64,000 nucleotides of DNA, from positions 32,001 to 96,000 of IMG/VR virus record IMGVR_UViG_2510065065_000004, one strand, 5' to 3'. The notes beneath the pieces were generated by a model that ran no database searches, had not been told where the DNA came from, and saw nothing but the letters and a program-made list of their open reading frames with translations. The DNA comes from a virus. Its lineage: Duplodnaviria > Caudoviricetes. Below, piece by piece: positions 57,239 to 64,000 of this stretch; position 1 is the stretch's first letter, and every line of letters begins with the position of its first letter. The position numbers and the translations under genes were made by a program.

Positions 57239-57275
57239 GGACCTACTATCAGTTTCGCATTTTCTGATACCTCAA

Positions 57276-57395
57276 TGCGGCATTCTCTGATACCACCGTC
57301 CCGCTTCATGAGGCATCTTAATCCTTGCCGGACGCGGGGCCATTGAGGCCGCTCAACCCGCGTGGCGCTGGAGCAGCGCCTCTACCGGCACCTTA
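57276..57395. repeat. 120-bp structured element, copy 2
   Basis: 115/120 identical to 14182-14301. Confidence 0.7.
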
Positions 57396-57466
57396 TCCAC
57401 TTGGCAGAGGGGTTACCACAAGACGCCTTATCCATGTTCACTCCTCAGGTATGTGCAGACCGCAGA

Positions 57467-57489
57467 GACTGACACGCAACTAACACGCA
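57467..57489 (+). promoter_or_regulatory. Integrase arm-type site, type Y
   Basis: Identical to 14922-14944. Confidence 0.65.
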
Positions 57490-57568
57490 CTGCGGCTGAA
57501 AGCCGCATTTTTGTGAGGCTCAAAGTAGTTTGTATTACGTCTATGTTGTTGATTCTGCTAATCTTCAT

Positions 57569-58762
57569 CTACCTTGACATGGTAGGGGTCACAGGTTCGA
57601 ACCCTGTACCGCCCACCAATTTAACGTATTGATTATTATATGTTTTCTCTGTTTCTGAGGAGCAGCTAAAGCTTATGACTGACCCCAAATTGACCCCAAG
57701 AAGGGCGCGCAGTTTTGGGACGTCAGTAGCTAATTCCTCAACGATTGCCGTTAGCGCTGTGCGTGCTGCGCCCATATAGCTCGGGTCAAACTTGGCGTAG
57801 GCGTCGGTGGTTCCCCCAGCGTGGTGACCCAATAATCCTGATACATCCCACGCGGGAACACCGCGTTGGCGTAGCCACGTAGCAAGAGTGTGGCGAATAG
57901 TCTTAGGCACAAACCAGACTGGCAGCCCAGCTCGTTTGCGCAGTTTGCGCCAAGTAGTCTTAATAGATTTGATGGGCTTCCCATGCCAGTGCACCAAGTA
58001 GGACTCCGGTTTGACAGTCGCAATGTAGGCATTCAGTGCAGGCAGCAGCGGTACAGTGGGCCGGAATTTCTTTGTCTGCTGTCGTCCGGCTGGGTTGAGC
58101 TGTACTAGTTTGGCGTCTGTGTCGATCTGAAAGCGCTGTAAGCCGCGTGCTGCATCGCCACGGCATGCGGTGCACAAACGGATCAGGAAGTAGGCCCAGA
58201 TGTGCTCGGGCATGTCTGTATTGAGCAAACATACGATTTGCTCCCGGCTCGCGTAGTGTGGGTAAGGCTCACCGATGCGTGGCAACTCAACGAACGGAAC
58301 TTGCGTGATCTCGCCTCGCTTCCATGAGCGGTTTAGCGCGGACTTTCCTATCCCCAGAATACGGCGGCAGTAACCTTCAGTGTATCCATGCTCTGCTAGC
58401 CATTTGATGAAATCTTCTTGCCGCGTAATCGTTATGTCGGCTACGGATGCAGACTTGCCGAAAAACTCATTCCACATATCCACACCACGTTGTGCCGTGT
58501 CTTTGCTTGCAAGCTTGTTTCCGTGTTGCGTCATGTACCGTGTAAGTACTGTAGAAAGCAGGACATTGGTTGGGGGCTGATTTTGTAGCGTTGTGTGCTG
58601 TACAAACCATTGCGCTAAAGCTACCTTGGCTTCGCTAAAATCTCTTGTGCCAAGCGAAGCGCGCTGCTTGCATCCCGTAACGTCGCGCCATGCCTTATAC
58701 CAAACGGTTGACCCTTTTCGCTGTTCGAGCCAGTATTCTCCAATGCGGAAGCGGGCAGGCAT
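57569..58762 (-). CDS. int: Tyrosine integrase of prophage C
   Basis: TACRGDA, PKTIRHTLAT, LLGH, YAKF; ends GGTGFEPVTPTMSR inside the att core. Confidence 0.92.
   Translation of the reverse strand: MPARFRIGEYWLEQRKGSTVWYKAWRDVTGCKQRASLGTRDFSEAKVALAQWFVQHTTLQNQPPTNVLLSTVLTRYMTQHGNKLASKDTAQRGVDMWNEFFGKSASVADITITRQEDFIKWLAEHGYTEGYCRRILGIGKSALNRSWKRGEITQVPFVELPRIGEPYPHYASREQIVCLLNTDMPEHIWAYFLIRLCTACRGDAARGLQRFQIDTDAKLVQLNPAGRQQTKKFRPTVPLLPALNAYIATVKPESYLVHWHGKPIKSIKTTWRKLRKRAGLPVWFVPKTIRHTLATWLRQRGVPAWDVSGLLGHHAGGTTDAYAKFDPSYMGAARTALTAIVEELATDVPKLRALLGVNLGSVISFSCSSETEKTYNNQYVKLVGGTGFEPVTPTMSR
57571..57620 (+). repeat. att core = 3' half of tRNA-Val(GAC), copy 2
   Basis: Identical 50 bp to 14839-14888; IHF consensus on the minus strand at 57622-57634. 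Confidence 0.9.
57675..57698 (+). promoter_or_regulatory. Integrase arm-type site, type X
   Basis: ATGACTGACCCCAAATTGACCCCA, one mismatch to 14731-14754. Confidence 0.65.
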
Positions 58763-58941
58763 GTGTGTTGTTCCAGGTATTTAAGTAAGTGGTATTCGGT
58801 ATATTTCGGAGTTTTTGCGATTCGGATGTAACCAATTCTTTTTTGTTTCCGGAAGCGTCGCAGCGTGACTTCCGAAACTCCTAGGTAGCGTGCGGCTTCC
58901 TCTTCGGTATACAACTCTGGAAGTTTCTCAGCAGCGCCCAT
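58621..58941 (-). CDS. Excisionase-like HTH protein
   Basis: AEKLPELYTEEEAARYLGVSEVTLRR; N-terminus shared with the Xis of B. Confidence 0.72.
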   Translation of the reverse strand: MGAAEKLPELYTEEEAARYLGVSEVTLRRFRKQKRIGYIRIAKTPKYTEYHLLKYLEQHTCLPASALENTGSNSEKGQPFGIRHGATLRDASSALRLAQEILAKPR

Positions 58942-58998
58942 GTGTGGGTTCCTCCTGTGCCAATACTGAGCTAAATGGAATCGTCGCCATGTTCCACC

Positions 58999-59451
58999 TC
59001 AGAACGGGTCGTCATCGTGGAAGTCGTCGCCTGCATACGCATAGGCTTTAGAGGCTTTATCGTTGTTACGGACCTTTGCCGGTCGCCGCTGTGGCGTGAT
59101 GCCGCTGGAACCTTCATTACGGCTGCCAAGCATGTGCATTTGGTCAGCAATAATCTCAGTGACATAACGCTCCTGCCCATCATTGCCGGTGAACTTGTCG
59201 TAGCGAATGGCACCCTCTATGTAGCACTGCGATCCCTTATGCAGATATTCGGCAGCGATCTCGCCCAGTTTTCCGAAAAACTTGACGCGGTGCCATTCGG
59301 TCCGCTCCTGGGTATCGCCCTCCCTGTCCTTGCGTTTGCTGCTGGTTGCTAGGCTAATGCTGGTGATCGTCATGCCGCTTTGGGTGTATTTGATATCCGG
59401 CTCGTTCCCCAGGTTGCCGACAAGGATCACCTTGTTAATTCCGCGTGCCAT
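58999..59451 (-). CDS. ssb: Single-stranded DNA-binding protein
   Basis: GINKVILVGNLG, TEWHRV, DDDPF tail. Confidence 0.93.
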   Translation of the reverse strand: MARGINKVILVGNLGNEPDIKYTQSGMTITSISLATSSKRKDREGDTQERTEWHRVKFFGKLGEIAAEYLHKGSQCYIEGAIRYDKFTGNDGQERYVTEIIADQMHMLGSRNEGSSGITPQRRPAKVRNNDKASKAYAYAGDDFHDDDPF

Positions 59452-59520
59452 TGTGAGTGCTCCTAGAGGGCAGTGGATGGGGAGGGGGCAGGTAGATGCT
59501 GTTATTGCTGATGTCGTTCA

Positions 59521-60138
59521 TTAGAGATGCCTGCTTGCATTGCCCATGACCTTTTGGGCGGCCTGCTCCAGGTGGGGGCCGAGGGCTTTTTCTATTGGGC
59601 CAACGCCACCATGCAGGCCATCAAGCAAACGATCATAAAGTTCACCACTGATCTGCTTAGCTCCAAGCCATGCCAGTGCTTGCGGAACCTTATTGACGTG
59701 GGACATCTCGTGCAGCTTCTTGAAGTGGAAGCACAGAAACCAGATGGCGTAGAGCACATTCTCATTCACCAGCGTTCCCGTGGCGGAATAGCTCCCCGTC
59801 TTGCGGATTGAGGGAAGGACTTCCAACACATCCAGCACCCAACGGCGAAACGCGGCGGCAACTGAAGTGCGGGCGAACATCGCTACCAGGTGGCAGCCGC
59901 GAGGGCTGAAGATACGGATATCACGGGCCTGCTCACCCTGAGGGGTCAATTTGACCACGCAGGTCATTTGATCGGTGAACTCATCCGTGCGACGTGCATA
60001 GATGCGCAATACGGATCGTTCATCGGCATAGCCCAAAGCATGGGCTAACTCGCGTGCGCTCAGGTACGGCGTACCGTCACGATCAATGATGGAAAGGGAT
60101 TGGCCGGAAAAACACACGGCAGCAGGTAACTGCGTCAT
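59521..60138 (-). CDS. BRO-N-type antirepressor
   Basis: ELAHALGY, RIFSPRGCHLVAMFART..AFRRWVLD, EVLPSIRKTG; RBS AGGAGA. Confidence 0.8.
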   Translation of the reverse strand: MTQLPAAVCFSGQSLSIIDRDGTPYLSARELAHALGYADERSVLRIYARRTDEFTDQMTCVVKLTPQGEQARDIRIFSPRGCHLVAMFARTSVAAAFRRWVLDVLEVLPSIRKTGSYSATGTLVNENVLYAIWFLCFHFKKLHEMSHVNKVPQALAWLGAKQISGELYDRLLDGLHGGVGPIEKALGPHLEQAAQKVMGNASRHL

Positions 60139-60202
60139 GAGAACGTCTCCTGTTTCGTGAGATGACCACGGGGAGACGTTTTTGCGCGCCGCACCCGTAG
60201 GT

Positions 60203-60279
60203 GTCGGGAGGTCAAAAACCGGAAACAGACGGCGGGCAGCTTTCCCCAAAGGGTCTTGTATCGCTGCCGCCCTCCCGAC
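60203..60279 (-). ncRNA. Second C4-type antisense RNA
   Basis: Same closing stem as 31073-31151; unpaired CTGTTTC and GTTTTTGA; same promoter TTGACC-N17-TACCGT at 60393. Confidence 0.75.
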
Positions 60280-60485
60280 GTAAAAACGTACAGGCGTAAA
60301 AAAACCGCATGAGTTTCGGGTGCGGTGACCGCTGTTTCCGGAGTTTTTGATCTCCTTACCGGCGACGGTACCGCAGCGGCGAATGTGGGTCAAGCTCAGG
60401 CCGTATCTGGAATCGAGATTGCCGAGAACGCGATCATCACACGTGCCGTTCATGGCATGGCTCCTGATATTGGTTGCCCCTGTCA

Positions 60486-62129
60486 TTACGCGGCCTGCTT
60501 GATGGCGATGCGGGATGCAGCGTCGGACAACACCTGTTTCAAGGTATGACAGATCGCAGGAAATTCAGCAGCGGCGTACCACTTGGTGGCGCGTTCGGTG
60601 CTAACAGGAACAAACCCCAGTGCTGCTAATCCATCGGCATTGATGGATAGCGGGGCAATCAGTGCGTTGATCTCTCCCAGCTTGAGTGTGGTGTGTATGG
60701 ATGCAGGTGTGGGAGCAGTGGTTACACTGGATTCGGTGGAGCAGTGGGTTGTTGGCGAGGTGGGTAATGGCGTTGCTTCGACGGTGTTCTGGCGCTCGCG
60801 TTCGGCTTGGATGCGTGCCTGTTCCTGCTGCTGATGATCGGCAATGCGGGCAAGGATCAGATTGCGCAGGTCATCGGGTGTTTTGCTGAGGCATAGACTC
60901 ACCCTGTCTGGAAACAGGGAGCGGTAAGCTGCGTCACATGCTTCCAGCACGGTGATATTGGCGCGCACCCGTTCCACGTTGGCAGTGATGTTGATTTTCT
61001 CGTGAGCGACGGCGGCGCTCACAGCCTCCTGCATGCTGATCAGGGACTTCTTACCTTTGATGGTGTCACCGATCTTTGCAGGCAAATCAGCCGGAATCGG
61101 TAGGGCATACTCGCCTAACGTGGCGTTGCTGCTGGCGTAGTAGTCCCGCAGGGTCTTCAGGCCGGTGTGGACAATCTCAGTACGGCGGTGATCTTTCTCG
61201 GTTTTCACCAGGCGATCCAATTCCAGACGGACGCGGCGGGTTTCTTCGGCGATCTCGTCCAGGGTGCGGAAGACAGCATCAATGTCGGCGGTTTGTCCTA
61301 ATACCTGTTGCTTGGTGGCGTCTAGGCGCGTCTCGACGCCTTTGCACCATTTCACGGTTTGTTCTGCGTTGGCAAAATCCTCATCGGTGCGCAGGTCACG
61401 GTTGATGCTGTGCAATACGGCCAGTGCGCAGGCTTTGAAGTGCGGCAGGTTGGAGGTGGTCACCGTTCCTGTGACTGCAATATGCAATGCCGGTAGTTGC
61501 TCTGGTGAACGGCCCAAGGCCGCAGGCGGTGGTGGTGGCTCAGGCTGGTAGGCGGCGATGTCCGCTTGCAGTTGTTGCCATCCGTTGATGATGCGGTTAC
61601 GTAATTCGGGGTTTGAGGTGTACCAGCAATGACGTTCTTCTATGAGCTGTTCCCCGTTCCAGGCCGAGGCCATGAACAGGACACGTTGAGCACCGGACAC
61701 CATGCACTGGTGTTCCATCTGTAGTTGATAATGGAATGGCAGGTCTTGGCCGGTGCAGTCGTCCGTCATGGCGGCGCGAATCGTGTCATTGAGTTGCTTG
61801 TGTTCCCAGACGGTGTCTCCAAGCATGGTCAAGCCGTCGAAGCTGGCCGAATACATGCCATCGACACCCACACAGGGATACAGGTCATCACCGATGATGC
61901 GTTCTGCCAAGGGGCGTGCCAGTTCCTCAGCGCGATGTCCTTCTGCAAAGCGTTGTAACGTGGCTGGGTCATAGTCGGGGGTGATCCCCGTAGCGCGCTC
62001 CCGTATCAGTTCGGCACGGCTTTTATAGGGGCTGCATCCCATCATGGCCGGTGCGTCGCTGGCATTGAGATGCTGGGCGCGGTGGGTGTGCCATTGCGGG
62101 GTGCCTTGGGTCAGTTCAATGATCTTCAT
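60486..62129 (-). CDS. YqaJ/lambda-Exo family exonuclease with long C-terminal region
   Basis: QGTPQW..R..ASDA, SASFDG..WEHK, YQLQMEHQ. Confidence 0.88.
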   Translation of the reverse strand: MKIIELTQGTPQWHTHRAQHLNASDAPAMMGCSPYKSRAELIRERATGITPDYDPATLQRFAEGHRAEELARPLAERIIGDDLYPCVGVDGMYSASFDGLTMLGDTVWEHKQLNDTIRAAMTDDCTGQDLPFHYQLQMEHQCMVSGAQRVLFMASAWNGEQLIEERHCWYTSNPELRNRIINGWQQLQADIAAYQPEPPPPPAALGRSPEQLPALHIAVTGTVTTSNLPHFKACALAVLHSINRDLRTDEDFANAEQTVKWCKGVETRLDATKQQVLGQTADIDAVFRTLDEIAEETRRVRLELDRLVKTEKDHRRTEIVHTGLKTLRDYYASSNATLGEYALPIPADLPAKIGDTIKGKKSLISMQEAVSAAVAHEKINITANVERVRANITVLEACDAAYRSLFPDRVSLCLSKTPDDLRNLILARIADHQQQEQARIQAERERQNTVEATPLPTSPTTHCSTESSVTTAPTPASIHTTLKLGEINALIAPLSINADGLAALGFVPVSTERATKWYAAAEFPAICHTLKQVLSDAASRIAIKQAA

Positions 62130-63052
62130 GTGTTTTCTTCCGTGTGAGTGGTGTTGCTTTCCAGAGGGATGCTGTCTGTAGGCACAGGCTCAGCACTGGT
62201 GTCTTCGGCGCAGGCGCGAATGGCGGTGAGCTGCTCTAGGCTTAATTGGCCTTTGCCTTTGCTATGCAGCATCGTGATGATGCGATCTGCCGTGGTTTTT
62301 CCTGATTCAATCAGGTCACACCATTTTGGAAAATTCTTTTCAAATTCTTCGTGTGGGTAAGGGCCGCTGATGTCTCTGACGTCTTGGTTAACGGGGATGG
62401 GGGCAACATGGAGCGTTTCGCCCTCAATCGTGTGTCGTCCGGCATCCATTTCTTCAGCCGTCGGTTGAGCGCCCACGGCTTCTGGGAATGCCTTACGTAA
62501 TGCCAAGGCTTCAGTGCATTTCTCCAACTGTCCAAAGGGGCGTTTTTGCCACATGCTGTTAGGGGCGGGGCTGTCTTTTCTTGCGGTGGCATAGGCTTCC
62601 AGCCAATACACGGTTGCCGCGAACCGAACACGTTGACCGGCCACCATGCGATACACCGCAACGCGACACCATGACGGATAGCGGATCTGCACGCCGCCCA
62701 GTGTTTCGCAGAGGGTGTCTCCAAACACGGCTTCATCTTGTCCGGCGTATTCGCCGGTGCGGTGTGCCTTGGTTCGATACAGTTCGATCCCGGGCATGAT
62801 CACATCGCGCATGCCTGCCGATGACACAACGCGCCCATCGACTTTCTTTTCTGGAATCCACATCGGTACGATGTGAACGGGTTTTGTCATCGGGTCTAAA
62901 TCAGCCGCCTGACAATAGGCCAACACCATATCTACGGATTCATTGGTCGCCCCTGGATACAGGCTGGTTTTCAATGCGGTACGGATCGACTGCCGGTATT
63001 CGGCTGTCATTGGTATGACATTGCTTGGTTTGATGACAGACAGGGAGTTCAT
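62126..63052 (-). CDS. bet: Bet/RecT-family single-strand annealing protein
   Basis: LDPMTKPVHIV, YRTKAHRTGEYAG, MWQKRP..QLEKCTEALALRKAFP. Confidence 0.9.
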   Translation of the reverse strand: MNSLSVIKPSNVIPMTAEYRQSIRTALKTSLYPGATNESVDMVLAYCQAADLDPMTKPVHIVPMWIPEKKVDGRVVSSAGMRDVIMPGIELYRTKAHRTGEYAGQDEAVFGDTLCETLGGVQIRYPSWCRVAVYRMVAGQRVRFAATVYWLEAYATARKDSPAPNSMWQKRPFGQLEKCTEALALRKAFPEAVGAQPTAEEMDAGRHTIEGETLHVAPIPVNQDVRDISGPYPHEEFEKNFPKWCDLIESGKTTADRIITMLHSKGKGQLSLEQLTAIRACAEDTSAEPVPTDSIPLESNTTHTEENT

Positions 63053-63067
63053 GACAGCTTCGCTCTG

Positions 63068-63889
63068 TTAAAGGGATGGGGAGAATGTGCCAATGGTCAG
63101 CGTGGCGTGCCCTTCAAGCTCACGAAACAACACGCTTTTAAAATCCTGGGCGATCATTTCCTGCTGTGCTTCACGCTGTATGAGGCGCAGTGTGATGAGT
63201 GGCTTTTCTTTTTCTTCGTCGGTGAATACGGACAGCCGTAGCAGGAATCTGCGTTCCGGTAATCCAAGATAGGGCTTGGTCGTTAAGGTGAAACCAATCG
63301 GTAAGCCAAGAGATGATTTGGCTTGGATATCATCGAACTTGGAACGTGATGTATTGAATTCGCCCTGAGTCGATTCTGACTCTGAGGTTTTCTTGATGGT
63401 TAATTTGCGAATGGCATTAATCGCGGTTGTCAGCGGTAGTTCATCAAGGCTTTCTTGTGATGTGGCCGACAGCAGCGGTGCCCAATCTTCCAGGAAATCA
63501 ATCAACTTCCGCTGATTGAGTGTTTTACCGTCAATATCCAGCAGTGCTTTGTAAGCTGCTGTGGGGTTAAGTGTGAGCGTGGCTGTCCAGTCGCCATGAC
63601 CGGGTGATTCTGTTGTACCGAGATTGAAAAATATCTTGGCACTGAGATTTTCTGCATTAATAAAGCCTTCGCCATTTCCTTTCGTCTTGATGTACTGCAC
63701 GAAGTCGACGATGGATTGCGTTTGCATTGCTCCACGAAAGCGGGAGCGCAACTGGAAGAGAGATTCAAGATCTTTGATTCCATAATCAAGAGGAAGCGCT
63801 ACCGCTCTATCTTGTAATGCAGCAGGCAAACGGAAGCCATTGGCATCAATGGCGGTTTGTTGAATATGTTCTATCGCTGTTTTGTCCAT
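63068..63889 (-). CDS. DUF2303/YfdQ-family protein
   Basis: DLES..RSRFRG, FNLG..PGH, DFLEDW, PYLGL. Confidence 0.82.
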   Translation of the reverse strand: MDKTAIEHIQQTAIDANGFRLPAALQDRAVALPLDYGIKDLESLFQLRSRFRGAMQTQSIVDFVQYIKTKGNGEGFINAENLSAKIFFNLGTTESPGHGDWTATLTLNPTAAYKALLDIDGKTLNQRKLIDFLEDWAPLLSATSQESLDELPLTTAINAIRKLTIKKTSESESTQGEFNTSRSKFDDIQAKSSLGLPIGFTLTTKPYLGLPERRFLLRLSVFTDEEKEKPLITLRLIQREAQQEMIAQDFKSVLFRELEGHATLTIGTFSPSL

Positions 63890-63928
63890 GAATCAGCTCC
63901 TTTTTTCAGTTTATTTAATGGGTGATGA

Positions 63929-64000
63929 CTAGTTTTTTTCAGCGAACAATTGCTGTTGTGTATCGGGGATGAGCGTTAATTTGCCGCGTGCCCCGACATA
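63929..64000 (-). CDS. 3' end of YfdP-like protein (partial)
   Basis: YVGARGKLTLIPDTQQQLFAEKN*, usual upstream partner of YfdQ. Confidence 0.55.
   Translation of the reverse strand, partial: YVGARGKLTLIPDTQQQLFAEKN

Larger units (their letters stand above)
14839..57620. mobile_element. Prophage B, ~42.7 kb, apparently complete (lambda-like head, P2-like contractile tail)
   Basis: Flanked by identical 50-bp direct repeats; integrase at left end; full early, lysis, head and tail gene set. Confidence 0.92.
57571..64000 (-). mobile_element. Prophage C, left (integration/recombination) end, truncated by window end
   Basis: att core followed by integrase, Xis, SSB, antirepressor, Exo, Bet. Confidence 0.9.

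Overview
The whole window is prophage DNA. Gene content and the tRNA-Val(GAC)-derived att core suggest a Xanthomonadaceae host, most likely Xylella fastidiosa (inference, no search run). Three prophages lie head-to-tail, separated by two identical 50-bp att cores (14839-14888, 57571-57620). A (1-~14.9 kb) is the end of a contractile-tail operon carrying cargo: two double-glycine bacteriocin-like precursors, RelBE, a truncated VapB, a HigBA-like pair, a Panacea (DUF4065) cassette and an orphan XRE gene. B (~42.7 kb) is apparently complete: integrase/Xis, helicase-PolA-SSB-DUF2800 replication module, CI/Cro switch, C4-type antisense RNA plus antirepressor, P4-type primase, Mor-like activator, lysis genes, lambda-like cos/terminase/head, P2-like tail, MqsRA and DinJ-YafQ. 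C (57.6 kb-end) is an early region with integrase, Xis, SSB, a second C4/antirepressor and Exo/Bet. Most notable: the bacteriocin-like peptide pair; arm-site logic pairing A with C around B; att-dependent integrase C-termini; two C4 RNAs with covarying specificities; a 5-copy late-promoter motif, one copy inside the protease-capsid fusion; a 120-bp structured element shared by two prophage ends; and SLATT-like membrane morons. Family names come from motif recognition and synteny, not database searches.
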